DNA of 64,000 nt from contig NC_092678.1 in NCBI RefSeq assembly GCF_964355755.1, forward strand, positions 5,968,422-6,032,421, given 5' to 3'. Below, piece after piece: positions 40,601 to 51,148 of the stretch (its first letter is position 1; every line of letters starts with the position of its first letter). The stretch is from Antedon mediterranea (taxonomy: Eukaryota > Animalia > Echinodermata). A model generated the notes under the pieces. That model ran no database searches, was not told where the DNA came from, and worked only from the letters and a program-made list of their open reading frames with translations. The translations under genes were made by a program, and so were the position numbers.

Positions 40601-43600
40601 CTGGGATGAAGAGGATAGCACCTTACCATGTATGCTCAGTAGAAACTCTTTAATGTTCTACTCTCAATTTGGCGGGGCATGTATTTTAGTCGAGGGGTTT
40701 TCAACATAATCTTACGAGCCAGATATACAGTACAGCTAAAAATTACTGCAACGTAACGCACATCCCAGCTTTGTGGCTGTGAACTGCATTGTTTTTACTT
40801 CCCCATGGTATTGCGTGGTAGAGCATGGGACAGCAATAAAAAGACAATACTTCATGGGTTTTCGATCAAAAAACAATGCCCCAGGCATAGATTACGAAGC
40901 AGTGGGAATGAAGGCGTAATTAATAGCTGTACTGTACAGCATATTTATGTCGACAATAATAATGTGTTAAATACATAAAATTTCTAAACGCTTCACATTA
41001 TAAACTCAGTCATTGGATGAAACATGTATGGACAGTTTCGAATTAGGCAGCTAGCAATCAGCGCAATTGTGTTTGACTCTACTAGGCACACATATGCTTG
41101 TACATTAACCTCTTTTTGATTATTTTATTTCATTCATATTATTTTGCAGTAGCTCTTCATGCATTAACGGACCGCATTTGCCACACAGGCCTTCTGTTGC
41201 AGTGCGTGTACCATTTCGTTATTCAGGATTACGACACAGACTAAACAATTTGTACCTTAGTAATTTTTGGGGCTGGGCAGACGTCAACTTCGTTAGAACA
41301 TAGATTGCTAACGGTACAACCTTTTCCGTTTCCACACCACACACAGTCGAGAGATGGTTCAGCTGTGATGTTGGACAGACATCTACTACAATCAGGTCGT
41401 TCAACTGAACAATTGTATAGCGTAACTAAGAAAGTATTAGAAAATCAAACACAAAGGTTATACATAAAGGATACTTCAGGAAATTACAGTAGGCCTTCTT
41501 CAGGACACCCCAATTAAGGCCAATTTACACGAGTAAATAAAACTATAGGATCTATGTTATTCCTAATTATGACCTTTTACACACAATGCGGAGTGGACGG
41601 GCAGTTTCCGCTCAGGATGGACACAGATTCTACATGGGACAAGCTACATGGTTTTCCATTTACCGTTACTGCTCATCTTTGTAAATTGACCTTTAAGTGG
41701 ACACATTCCTGTGAAACAACCCATATTTCTAAAAAGGCAGAGAATCAACTGGTGCTGAACCAGTTCATTGGTTCAAATCCTGGTTAGCGGGGAGGGCATA
41801 TCCTCATACTTATCAACCAAGCTACATCCAGACCTTAATAGGGGTGTCCCCTGATTATGGGCATTCCCCAATAATGGCTGTCCCCCAATTACGGGTGTCC
41901 TAAATCTCAAAGCAGGGATTTTATTAGAAAGTAAAGAATATAAATATATAAATATAATATACGTACCATTGTATTCATTGTCAATGATGGTATCGACATT
42001 TTCAATTACCCAAAGGACTGTTACTTTTGTTGTTATGTTTTGGACATCCTCAGCATATTCATACTAACAAAAAAAAATTTATTTAAATGAATTTTATTTA
42101 GTATTTATTATAGAAAAAATGTTGAATGAAAAACAACAATTGCTCATTTCAAGTTCCGCTATAAAATGTGATAAAATTTAAATTGAGTGAATCAGTATGA
42201 TCCGATTGGTAATTTTTTAAAATTAAACTTCATATTTTGGAGAAATTTGTGCAAGGGTTAACATTTAATATTCATCCCCAAATGGAGAAAATTCAGATTC
42301 GGTCCATGGCAGTGTTATAAAACTAATATTGATAGTTTGTATATATAATATGAGAAATAGACACTAATATTTTTATGAGTTAAAAAATTGTTAATATTCT
42401 CTCCATTCCACTAAAAAAACATTCATTATTTGTATAATATAAACAATAGGTTTTAAATGAATGAAATAAATATTGAAACCTAGGGTACACTTTATTCCAA
42501 AAGAGGTTCTATTTATGATAGACTAGCAATAGAACTGGACCTAAGACCCTGTTGAAGGTAGGCAAGCTATACTTGCAACAAGTCACTAAACCATTCATAG
42601 CATAGTGCCAAACATACTGTTCAGTGCATACATTAGTAATACTAGTCACATTTAAATATGTTGCATTGACAGGCACTAGAATATCTCTAAACCTTATAAC
42701 ACTAAATATGAAATATCCCTTCATTAATATTTGAAAATTGCAAACAGGAATTTTATCCTCAGGGGTATTATGATATAAACTAAGAGATTCGTTGCAAAAC
42801 GACTCGCTTTAATAATGTAGCATATTAAAACAGAATAATAAAATGTAAATAACATTGTATTGTATGAATAAAACATAGTTCTTTTAAGAAATTTGAAATT
42901 TGCATAAATAAAGTTATGCAAATTTCAATTAAAAAATAGATAAATGAATTTAGGTATAATAATTTATTATTGTGCAAGTTTTAGACTAAACCTGGGTTAC
43001 ATTCAATTGTCTTGGTTAATTACAAATTGTTAACGTTAACATGCTTCCTTCCAATCCCAAGGTTCAATGCTAGGGTTGTAACTCACGACTCTTTCAACTC
43101 CACTTCCTAAGCCCTAAGTACTTACTGCCTTGCGATCACAAATGATGTCATCTCCTTTACGTTTCGCATTCAGTTTTGATTGCAGTGTCTCCACTTGGCA
43201 ATAAAAATTTGATACCTGGAACAAACAAAAGTGAAATTAATTTTATTCCATATATCTGTATAATTATTCTTAATGCACTTGGTTATAATAATATAAATAA
43301 TTACGTCAGAGTTAAGTACAATTGTCGCCCTGTATAAGAAAATATCGGCCTTTTCTCGTTAAACAAACGAGGGCTAATAACACTATAGGCAAATCTACAA
43401 GATTCTCAGTGATATATCTTAACATATAACATTATTTTTCCAGTATCATAGGAATATCGGTAATACAGCATCTCATGTGTAGTTTAAGGGTTAGGTTATC
43501 ATATATGATACAGTGTTTCTGCCCTAGTATATTAGATTAACTTACTATTTCTGGGACGTTGACTGTTTTGATGACGAATTCATCAGACACACCAACATGA

Positions 43601-45556
43601 AGCTGTTGACTTTGACCATTAACAATCTGTGGACACCGGGCTGCCGAGGTCACCTTTACAAAAGATAAAACGAAGAAAAAAAAGAGAAATGTTGTTAATG
43701 AAACATACTTTTAATTTGCGACACTTATCAAACAAACACATTTACCCAGGAGTTCATTTAATACATTAGATCTAGGGTCAATTGCGGACATGACACTACC
43801 ATCTTAAGTTTTACCAATTTTAATATTGTTTGTTACTTCTTTGCTACACAAGAACACAACAAAAAAATCAGAATGCAGAAACATCATTTCTTAACAATTC
43901 CGTTCTTGGTTCTCTAGGGCCAGCAGCAAGGAACCTTCTTCAAATTTTGGAACAAAGAATTTATGATCCATGCTATTTATTAATTTATTATTTGGTGGCA
44001 TTCAATGTTTGTAAATGGCTGGCTAGATCCGAGGATGTTCTGGCTCTCTAGTGCCAACAGCCTGTTCAGAGTGCTTAAAAACATCATACAGATCGAAAAA
44101 AGTGATGTAGAGCAGCAATTGACATGGGCAAGATATATTTACAGCTTTGTCTACACTATCAAACTTTATGAAACATAAAAATGCGATGTGCCATATATGA
44201 TATGGACATGTCATATCACTACCATATTTGAGCATACCACTACCATATTTGGGTACATCACATCTTTTTGTCAAACTAGTTTGATAGTGTAGACCTCGAG
44301 CTTAATGTGGCCTGATAAATGTTCATTCATATAAATTGCTTTAATGCTTATATTATCATCAGCTCCGCTGGGAAATTTAAACTTTCCAATTGAAGTACAT
44401 AAAATATAAATGACTATCAAATTTTTTTAGACAGATATGATGAAAAACTATAAATGTTCATAATTATAGTTCATCTTAAGCCATTTGTCTATTTTATAAT
44501 CAATAGATTATTTAAGAGAGAAAGGTCTCTGTGGTGTAATATATCAAGTCAGAATTAATACGATGTGAAAAATTCTTTATTAGAAAAAATTCCAGCTGTT
44601 TGTTTAAGAACATTGTAACATACGTTTTGTGTAAAATAAAAGTCAAGAAAAGGACACATAAATTATTTGTCAAAGTTCTATGTAAAAATATTCGTATCAC
44701 CTGCTTGTGGAAAAAATGTATCTTAAATATATATAGTAGTCGGTACAGTAAAATATAACGTGACTAAAATTTTAAGAACTTGTTTCTCCTTTATAAAATA
44801 TTTAAAAATGTGATATCCTTTGCCATTTCATTGGTTAATTAAGCATCACATGCCGTTCGGTATTAGTTCTATCTAACAGAAAAGTGATATCTTATGGTGA
44901 TAATTAATTGTTCTAATGCATGTTTAATTTGAGAATTTCCTGCCATGCATTAAAAAATTAACCTATAGTACGAGTGTTCTACTACGCGTTTAAAATTGAA
45001 GAAATTCTTAGCCTCGAAAATGATTCAAAATACTAAAAACGATACACAGTGCTCTAAACAACATTTTTTAAACGATATATGGCGTCTTAAATAATAACGC
45101 CTAGTTGACTCTCAAGTAGTTTAACATATAGTATTTCTATGGATATATCCCATATTATGTCATTCTACAAACTGTTATAATCTAGTAGAGTTTTTCAGCT
45201 TATAATACTAAACAGGAACAATATTCATTGTTTTAACGCTACTTGTACTTTCAAGTACCAATAGAATATATACAACAATTTCCTATTGCATCTATTCCGA
45301 CAACCAGTTAAGCTCTGTCTACACTATCAAACTAGTGTGATGTGCCCAAATACGGTAGTGAAATGCCCAAATATGGTAGTGATATGACATTATCATGTCC
45401 ATATATGGGCACATCACATAATGTTTGAGAGTGTATCTTACGTTTTCTCCTTGCAGAACTATAGATTGGTCTTTACACTCTGTTTGGTCTATTGTACACA
45501 AGTTGCTGAGTACACACCAGTCACAACCCCATCCACTTTCAACACAACTAGAACAT
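16541..45556 (-). CDS. PLXN: Plexin (divergent, probably class B-like), partial multi-exon gene: 27 exons, about 1205 codons, PSI-IPT-TM-GAP/RBD; 5' (Sema) and 3' terminal exons not found in window
   Basis: All 27 exons have GT/AG boundaries and compatible phases, with no internal stop. The translation carries plexin motifs: CSSCVESGWGCDWC, LYNC..CSRC..CVWC (PSI), FSPLAGPMSGG (IPT), TM, [90 protein letters not shown]. Confidence 0.96.
16572..16981. repeat. Perfect 205-bp tandem duplication covering the acceptor and most of the last plexin exon found
   Basis: 16572-16776 = 16777-16981; second acceptor at 16887-16889. Confidence 0.95.
16932..17477. mobile_element. Kolobok/T2-like MITE
   Basis: TIR ag(c/a)tgtattgtccc ... 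gggacaatacatct followed by TTAA. Confidence 0.72.
18160..19378. repeat. Minisatellite, 33-bp unit x about 37
   Basis: tgtgtttcccacaaaaggaacatcaaaatgact; source of the MTCVSHKRNIK-type ORFs. Confidence 0.98.
19435..19582 (-). CDS. plexin exon (GAP C2, second conserved Arg in RFW)
   Basis: cag|C..AAG|gtaagg; LGQRFWVTVITHPNFIFDILQTLPVEAALKIIAETLLDSCSVEAIKYTK. Confidence 0.96.
19640..20085. repeat. Degenerate tandem repeat (about 21-bp motif ccactggttccctctttacatg)
   Basis: Recurrent ccactggttcc motif fills most of this intron. Confidence 0.8.
20116..20288 (-). CDS. plexin exon (GAP C2)
   Basis: tag|ACA..AG|gtaatt; [39 protein letters not shown]. Confidence 0.95.
20360..21010. repeat. Minisatellite, 18-bp unit x about 36
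   Basis: gggattatactcaagcat; source of the MLEYNP ORFs. Confidence 0.96.
21031..21159 (-). CDS. plexin exon (GAP C2)
   Basis: tag|GTC..AAG|gtctca (weak donor); VKDVDPLE...KTIHEVHFPRLMSTK (cf. EIYLTRLLSTK). Confidence 0.9.
21593..21675 (-). CDS. plexin exon (linker, WHL motif)
   Basis: tag|AA..TTG|gtaagc; NTINMDAKYGFNAEDSNLEKGAQPWHL. Confidence 0.9.
22348..22684. mobile_element. Kolobok/T2-like MITE with TTAA TSD
   Basis: TTAA|agatgtattgtcccc ... ggggacaatacatct|TTAA; inverted copy at 38697-39036. Confidence 0.85.
23210..23306 (-). CDS. plexin exon (RBD end / linker)
   Basis: tag|ATA..G|gtgaga; IKDGATVSLIHRANGRHSATVGQIVTNTNPVY. Confidence 0.88.
25612..25830. mobile_element. PIF/Harbinger-like MITE family (copies also about 33201-33586, 44142-44300, 45311-45435, 63650-63770)
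   Basis: TIR agctctgtctacactatcaaact; TTA TSD at the 33201 copy; this copy has an internal 21-bp repeat x about 4. Confidence 0.78.
25967..26070 (-). CDS. plexin exon (RBD)
   Basis: tag|AT..AAG|gtatgt; [34 protein letters not shown]. Confidence 0.95.
26402..26561 (-). CDS. plexin exon (Rho-GTPase binding domain)
   Basis: tag|AAA..G|gtaagc; [37 protein letters not shown]. Confidence 0.96.
27128..27274 (-). CDS. plexin exon (GAP C1 / RBD start)
   Basis: tag|GAT..ATT|gtaagt; [49 protein letters not shown]. Confidence 0.95.
27453..28280. mobile_element. Non-autonomous Harbinger-like element with Myb/SANT-like coding remnant
   Basis: TIR agcccctttctcacaga / tctgtgagaaaggggct; subterminal ttctcacaga repeats; minus-strand peptide MSNWRDNEIRELLKIRGQEEI from 27988. 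Confidence 0.75.
28356..28422 (-). CDS. plexin exon (GAP C1)
   Basis: tag|G..AAG|gtaagc; [22 protein letters not shown]. Confidence 0.94.
28866..28940 (-). CDS. plexin exon (GAP C1, arginine-finger region)
   Basis: cag|G..TG|gtaagt; VLTDLLKDYISDGVVYKRSKQLFR(W). Confidence 0.9.
29326..29391 (-). CDS. plexin exon (GAP C1)
   Basis: tag|G..GA|gtaagt; GNFASLLTVGMISERKLPYFT. Confidence 0.9.
30270..30595 (-). mobile_element. Deu/Nin-domain SINE, full length (tail type 1)
   Basis: Reverse complement of 48775-49080, high identity. Confidence 0.88.
31027..31254. mobile_element. Foldback/MITE with about 85-bp near-perfect inverted arms
   Basis: tgtcaaaaccaagttgtactcacgattaatatttcgtctcaacactt.. / ..aagtgttgagacgaaatattaatcgtgagtacaacttggttttgaca. 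Confidence 0.85.
31331..31455 (-). CDS. plexin exon (GAP C1)
   Basis: tag|ACG..AA|gtaagt; EHGLKEFAKLLGKKDFLIAFIEMVEENKNISKKE. Confidence 0.92.
31865..32062 (-). mobile_element. Deu/Nin-domain SINE, 3'-truncated
   Basis: Head and core match the family. Confidence 0.85.
32125..32267 (-). CDS. plexin exon (cytoplasmic N-terminal segment)
   Basis: tag|CC..GAC|gtaagt; AIAELATNLDDLTNELEGTGMPFLTMLDYMKKMMFTG (cf. AFAELQTD..GIPFLDY). Confidence 0.94.
32408..32633 (-). CDS. plexin exon (transmembrane helix + juxtamembrane coiled coil)
   Basis: cag|GTT..G|gtaagt; VVHGNIEVVLGPVKY..WWLYAVLAAIGTLMLLILVFMILFFYCKTKK..MEEMELLEKSVREDSRR. Confidence 0.95.
33290..33490 (-). mobile_element. CORE-like tRNA-derived SINE nested in a MITE
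   Basis: Minus strand: tggtgtaatgg..gggttcgag..tccttaggcaagatgcttt; related fragments at about 2830-2900, 3060 and 34620. Confidence 0.65.
33649..33819 (-). CDS. plexin exon (membrane-proximal IPT)
   Basis: tag|GGT..ACA|gtaagt; GERLALASTKEDVVVYIGNKICSVSLFSAVHLQCIAPEKRP...NPLVT. Confidence 0.93.
34209..34511 (-). CDS. plexin exon (IPT, contains RFKR furin-type site)
   Basis: tag|GAG..ATG|gtaagt; ECLKPYNDSAMFCPTPDLSSVNHRFKRQ...QIYPDPIYYLF...TLQLM. Confidence 0.92.
36360..36453 (-). CDS. plexin exon (IPT/TIG)
   Basis: tag|A..AAG|gtaaaa; GGRVLTITGYGFNLIQKPSMRIYWGSYSFEK. Confidence 0.9.
37106..37276 (-). CDS. plexin exon (IPT/TIG); its acceptor is part of a tandem repeat unit
   Basis: tag|G..TC|gtaagt; NISDTIIKCQTTKVNISKSYVNLYVYFSNEKRVASKYFKFDSDPLVDGVRPRSTIL. 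Confidence 0.9.
37257..38520. repeat. AT-rich tandem repeat, 174-186-bp unit x about 7, each unit containing a copy of the plexin exon 3' splice site
   Basis: ctaaaaac (gtttttag on minus) at 37277, 37460, 37645, 37827, 38001, 38187, 38365. Confidence 0.96.
38697..39036. mobile_element. Kolobok/T2-like MITE
   Basis: Same TIR and internal sequence as 22348 copy, in opposite orientation. Confidence 0.85.
39215..39348 (-). CDS. plexin exon (IPT/TIG)
   Basis: cag|AAT..AC|gtaagt; NPEVTSFSPLAGPMSGGITITVHGKLFKTGSEQKVMIDYSPCLI. Confidence 0.93.
39680..39965 (-). mobile_element. Deu/Nin-domain SINE (diverged copy)
   Basis: Family match. Confidence 0.82.
40006..40120 (-). CDS. plexin exon (IPT/TIG)
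   Basis: tag|C..CAG|gtaata; VTVQAPKFTTEGDKDVVLVIKGSDGEDLSSKSFKLKYQ. Confidence 0.88.
40297..40460 (-). CDS. plexin exon (IPT/TIG)
   Basis: cag|GTC..AG|gtaagt; VTPTTLATMGKTASPPDLVTIKGVNLGQKVEDVVSVTIDG...EYIVGE. Confidence 0.9.
40545..40618 (+). mobile_element. RTE LINE extreme 3' scrap
   Basis: MAKDRTKWRGFVETVC..EED resembles the RTE terminal A.DR..WR..V..LC motif; similar scrap at about 49930-49994. Confidence 0.5.
41256..41425 (-). CDS. plexin exon (PSI domain)
   Basis: tag|TT..AAG|gtacaa; TLYNCSVERPDCSRCLSNITAEPSLDCVWCGNGKGCTVSNLCSNEVDVCPAPKITK. Confidence 0.92.
41967..42063 (-). CDS. plexin exon (ectodomain)
   Basis: tag|TAT..G|gtacgt; YEYAEDVQNITTKVTVLWVIENVDTIIDNEYN. Confidence 0.82.
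43126..43215 (-). CDS. plexin exon (ectodomain)
   Basis: cag|GTA..GCA|gtaagt; VSNFYCQVETLQSKLNAKRKGDDIICDRKA. Confidence 0.85.
43546..43653 (-). CDS. plexin exon (end of PSI / IPT-like)
   Basis: aag|GTG..ATA|gtaagt; VTSAARCPQIVNGQSQQLHVGVSDEFVIKTVNVPEI. Confidence 0.85.
45442..45556 (-). CDS. plexin exon (PSI domain)
   Basis: cag|A..AAC|gtaaga; CSSCVESGWGCDWCVLSNLCTIDQTECKDQSIVLQGEN. Confidence 0.92.
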
Positions 45557-46899
45557 CTGTTGGAGAAAAAAAGAAATTAAATTTAGTTAATAATAATATC
45601 CTGTATTAGTGCTAAATGTTGTGAAACCTCTAACCCCGGTCATTTTTGGATCAAACACGTATGGAAACATACTCCGATAAATGAAGTTAGTAAATAACTT
45701 TTTTTGTAATTTATTCTTTGTTTTGATGATCATTTTATGATGATGATAGACAAATAAAGCATTTCAGTATACAAAGAGGCATTGATCAAAATAAAAATTT
45801 AACACTACATTCAGACTTATATTGTTAGGGTTTCTTATCTAAAGCCAAGTGTATGACAATCCAATGTAAGTCAGGGTGTTCAGACACTAATGATTAAATT
45901 TCCTAATGCCTAGCATTGTAACACATCACTGATCAGGGTTGTTTATTTGCCAGTGTCAACATTAAGTAGGATTTTGGTAACGGACCTCTTGCTGCTAATA
46001 CATAATATAATCTTCTGTTGCGTAAATCTTTTATGCTCCTAATCCACAAGTGTATGTCGCGTATGGTAAATAGCGCTAAATTTAAACTTTATCTAAATTT
46101 GAGGTGCGAGGCATAAAGGAAATCTTCCGCTAATCCGCAGCCTAGTTCAGAAATAACGATGTGTGTGACATTAGACTAACTAGTTTAAAAACAACAACAT
46201 TGACTAAAATAAATAATATTTTATAAACAGTTTGTAATGCCGATTTAGAATATCATGGTTTGTAACATTAACATCAAATTATTCTAGTTGGCCTTTGAAA
46301 AAATAGAAATTAAACCATAGAGATATTATAGTTCACTATAATATCTCTATGATTAAACCCGTCACCAAATACTCTATATATGTCTGTATGATTATACATA
46401 GAAATTAAATTTCCCTGACTATAGATTCAAAAAGTCAAAGTTCATAAATGCCAATCATATAATTCATAGACAGTCAAAATACAAACACAATTACAACAAA
46501 AACACATTAGGAAACAAATAAACACCACAAAAATAATATCTCTCAGCAATGCCTCTTTCACTGTATTAATGAAGTGTCTAATGGCATTACACGGTTGACT
46601 GAACACAGTGCAATAGCAGCATAGTACTTGTATATTATTATTATGGTGCACACATTGATAGGACGTGTGATACACTACTTTGTCTAGAATGATTAATGTC
46701 ATGTTTAGTTGCAAACTTTAGGAATCATCAGAATTGTCTAAGGGCATTTTGATTAAAACTCTGGCGTTGGACAAAGACGAACGCAGGGGTGTACTTGAAT
46801 AGTAAACGTCCTTTATTTTTCATACTAGTAATTTTTCATTTTATTAAATAATTGGGTTTCAAACTAAGACTTCTTCCAAGTCTTTTTTGAAATATTTTA

Positions 46900-47200
46900 A
46901 TTATACTGGGCGACCTCTTCAGTCAAACACTGGTCTTCCAGAGGGCCCAGTTATAATCAGTGGCTGTGATGTACTAATTCACCGGGGTAACCCCTACTCC
47001 CCTCGAAAGATGTACTAGGTTCTTTAAAGTGCACATGAGCCAGATGTGTAAACTGGACCTACGGTTTATAGTCCTTATCCGAGAACACTTGTTCTACCAC
47101 CAGAACCATGGAGCGAGTGAGCCTCGAACCCTTGCCGATGTTTGGCTACTGTATGTAATTACGGTCCCACTGTCTTAAACCGCTCGGCCACTCACTTACT
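46900..47200 (-). mobile_element. Deu/Nin-domain SINE, full length (tail type 1)
   Basis: Family match. Confidence 0.87.
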
Positions 47201-48309
47201 ACTTGACCTGTGAACCAAACCCTGCTCCTCTTTGCAGACAACCCCTTTGAAACATAGTAGTACATTCCTTTTAACCCTTGTAAAAAGCATCTTGATTGAT
47301 TACAGCAGGTTTGATCTGCATATTTTAGGTCCCACCAAAAAACAACATGCAATATCTGTTCAGTAGATATCAGGGATGATGTCAACATGATTCCACTTCT
47401 GCAGTTACTCTTTAACCTGTTAATGTAATCATTTATTCTTAGCAAGCTTTTTCTGGGTAATCACACACACACACACACACTGCTTTATTGCAGTGACTGC
47501 CTCATAAACGTCTTCATCTTCATCCGGCTCCTTTGTTTGGTCACCTAGGTAGGGGTCTGGAACCGCGACAAAATGGTGACCTTCCAAAGACATTGCGTAT
47601 TATTATCATATATTATTATTATTATTATGACAGACGATGACCTCAGATCCAAAGTATAACTAACTAAAATTAAGAAACTTCTCTACTAAGGATGAGTTCT
47701 GTTGGGTTCCGTTATTTGTTAAAATATTTTTATACAATAATTTATAATCATCTGCTATTAGGTCCTCTGCTTGTGATGAACACTACGTATAAGTATTTGC
47801 TGCAGTTACTGCAGTAGAATAATTTTAACATTATCCCCAATGAAATTGTATACTAGCCTAAGTGTAACTCCATTTTGTATTAAAAACAGTATAATATACC
47901 CAATCAAACAAATACACTGAAACTAGATTATAAAATATTATTTGAAGAATTCCTCCGATAGTGACTAGACAATAGCAAGGTATGCGCAGTACCCTGGACT
48001 TTGCAGACTTTTAATACGCATTCCTTTGTGCAACGAATCTCTTTCAATATCATTTATCATTGTATAAATATTGGGCACCTGGCAATCAACAGGTATTTAT
48101 AATCAACCCTTATGTTGCTTATGTTAGTCAACAATAGATTTTAAGCGGAACTTGTAGTTAATATCAACATTGGATGTCTGTAGTGATTGACGACAAAGGG
48201 TGTGATTACAAGATAAACACTTGCTCATCATCAAGAAAAATAATGTTAGGACTATAAGCATATCATATTTGAACATCCTTTACTTAATAGTGAATGCTGG
48301 AAACCTAGA

Positions 48310-48610
48310 TAAACTGGTATATATTCCAATTGTAAAAAGGCGTTTTGTTTTTAAACTTTCTTTTATCAAGAAACGTCCGGGTTTTAATCAGATTAATCAA
48401 CACACGCTTGCTAAAAAGACGTGTGTTAAATAGAGCATATTTTACCATACTATTCATTATTTAATAGTGAACGTTTAAAATATAGACTAGCTTCCCACCA
48501 ATTCCCTGGTCTATATTCAAATTGAAAAAAGGCGTTTTTTGTTTTTAACCTTCCTTTATCAGGACACGTCCGGGTTTTAAACGGATCAAACACACGCTTG
48601 CTAAAAATAA
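48310..48610. repeat. Imperfect direct duplication (about 100-bp block, about 190 bp apart)
   Basis: aaaaaggcgtttt..acgtccgggttttaa..acacacgcttgctaaaa occurs twice. Confidence 0.75.
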
Positions 48611-48774
48611 CAACGTAGTGAACTATGCTGACTTAAAACTAAGTAGAGAACGTATATGCAGTAAGCTTATCTTTCTGTCTAGGAAATTCCTTGTAATAAC
48701 AAAGAGGAAGAAATGATGACGGTGGTACATTGGGATGTTCCCACATGAGGGCTTGGTTGTGGACCGCTTCATTA

Positions 48775-49080
48775 TGAGTGAGTGAGTGGCCGAGCGGTTA
48801 AGACAGTGGCACCGTAATTACGTAGCCATAACATCGGCAGGGGTTCGAGGCTCACTCACTCCATGGTTCTGGTGGTAGAACGAGTCTTCTCGGATAAGGA
48901 CTATAAACCGTAGGTCCAGTGTACACATCTAGCTCGTGTGCACTTTAAAGAACCTAGTACATCTTTCGATACGAGTAGGGGGTTACCCCGGTGTATTAGT
49001 ACATCACAGCCACTGATCACCAACTGGGCCCTCTGGGAGACCAGTCTTTGACTGAAGAGGTTACCCAGTATAAATATAAA
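48775..49080 (+). mobile_element. Deu/Nin-domain SINE, full length (reference copy, tail type 1)
   Basis: A-box gtggccgagcggttaag, B-box ggttcgaggc; core tcggataaggactataaaccgtaggtcc..ttaaagaacc..gagtagggggttaccccggtg resembles, from memory, the Deu domain of AmnSINE1/SINE3. Confidence 0.88.
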
Positions 49081-50915
49081 TTTCAATCAATCAATTTCAA
49101 TGATACAGGGGTGCTCTAGGAACTTTTTGTTTATCTAAGCCCTCCCTCTGGAGAGCATGGACTATTGTCAGTTTATCCAAGTATTGGCAATCCAAAAAAT
49201 ATACACAAATATTTCCCTGTCTGTTTCAAGAAAAAGTGTTCCCTTAATAGGGATGTCCCTTGAATAGGTGTTCTACTGTATTAACATTGCCACAAAAAAA
49301 AAGATGTTAATGTTGCTAACAATAAAACCTTTCAATTCAGAGTGTTTAATCTCAACAAATTTATTCAAACTAAACAATCACCTAATTATTATATTTTTAA
49401 TAAATTATATTTGATATAATTTGATAAGTCATAAATACATAATCAGATTATTATTATCATTATTGAATCACTTTCATATTGCTTTTAAAATATCATGATT
49501 AACTCTGATTTGTGTTGGCTTCACGTTATATTAAATCAATATTTTAAGAATCCAATATCATTGTTTGAAATGATATCACAATTAATAGTTAATTGAACTC
49601 TTCCATACTGTTTAAATCATGTTCACAGTCTAATAATAAAGCTAGTCATAGGATAGTGATGAGAATATGTGTCGCAAAGACATATTCCAATCTGGTGTAT
49701 AGTAGTTAAGCTAGTCATAGGATAGTGATGAGAATATATTCAAATCTGGTGTATAATAGAGTTGTTTATGGAATTGAAAATTGTGTATATTGTTTTTGCT
49801 TTATATATTTTAGATGTTATACAGTAATGTATGAGCAGCGTATTATTTATAGCTTTCATTTAAAAGAAAATAAAGTAGTCATTAAAACATCAAAAAAGAA
49901 ACAGAACGTTTCACATGCGGACATACACATGTTTGCTCAAAAACGTACAGAGTGGCGAACACAAGTGAGACGGGCAATGTCTAATGACGACTAGCATTTG
50001 ATGATTTTTTTTTTATACGAAAAACAATTCTGCAATGGCGGTTCATAGATACTACAATAAGCATTTAACATTTCAATTATGACTTCAGATTTATTTGCTG
50101 TCGTCCACAAAAATGTTGCCTTTGGTGGCGACATTTAATTTTGCTTTTTTTTTCAGCCGTGCGCCAAGTTAACAAAATTTTAAATAATCTACATTGCAAA
50201 TAATAACGTATCTAACGTAATGAATTATCTACAGTACAGTTAGTTACAGATAGTTAATATAAAACCAGATGAAAACATTTTTTGAAAAATACATCAAATT
50301 TATTTATAAGTTGGAGTATTTTGCAGGAAAATTGTAAAATAAGAATATCAGGTTAAATTTGAATATAAAGTTATATTAGTAAAAATCGGGTGAAAATCGC
50401 ATTATATCGGGAGCACTGAAGATTGGTTTTAAAATCTCCGTATATAAAATCAATCAACTATCACTAAAACCCGCTTCATATTTGTATGTCAAAAGTTAAT
50501 ACATTTCATCCCAATATTTTGCAGTAAATTCACCCATACTATTATCATATAATAGCCATTTGAACGACAGTACGCATTAAGACTTTATTCTCTGTTATTC
50601 TTAATGCCCATTAAAAACTTAATTATCCCCGAGCTATATATCCACTGGTTAGTTAATATGCTGCGTATAGTAACATATCTGTATTTTTAATATACCCAAA
50701 GGGGTATTATAATATAAGCATTAGTCTATTACTATAGCATCAACTAATGGGAAATTTAAAAACGCAGGTTTCCCTCTAATAAAAGACCACTTGGAGACCA
50801 GTATGAGTCACCTTGGAACAAGAACTACTTCTTTGATTTTAAATACAGATCGTAAAAGTTGCAATCAATTTAATATTATAGGATAGACCTACAAAATTTG
50901 ATATTTTAGATTCAA

Positions 50916-51148
50916 ATGCTAAAAGAACCATGTCAAAATTATTCTACTGCAGTTACTGCAGTAAAACTACATTATGTTTATTTTTTAATAACCTGAATGC
51001 AATTATTTAACAAGTTTTTTTTTTTAAGTAATCATAAACACTGTTTATTATAGTGATTGACTCATAAACTAAAATCGTATGTTATTACAGAAAAAATCGT
51101 AGTACTGCAGTAACTGCAGTAGAATAAATTGACATGATTCTTTAGCAT
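50916..51148. mobile_element. MITE with about 50-bp TIRs (related copies about 25085-25265 and 47800)
   Basis: atgctaaaagaaccatgtcaaaattattctactgcagttactgcagta / tactgcagtaactgcagtagaataaattgacatgattctttagcat. Confidence 0.78.
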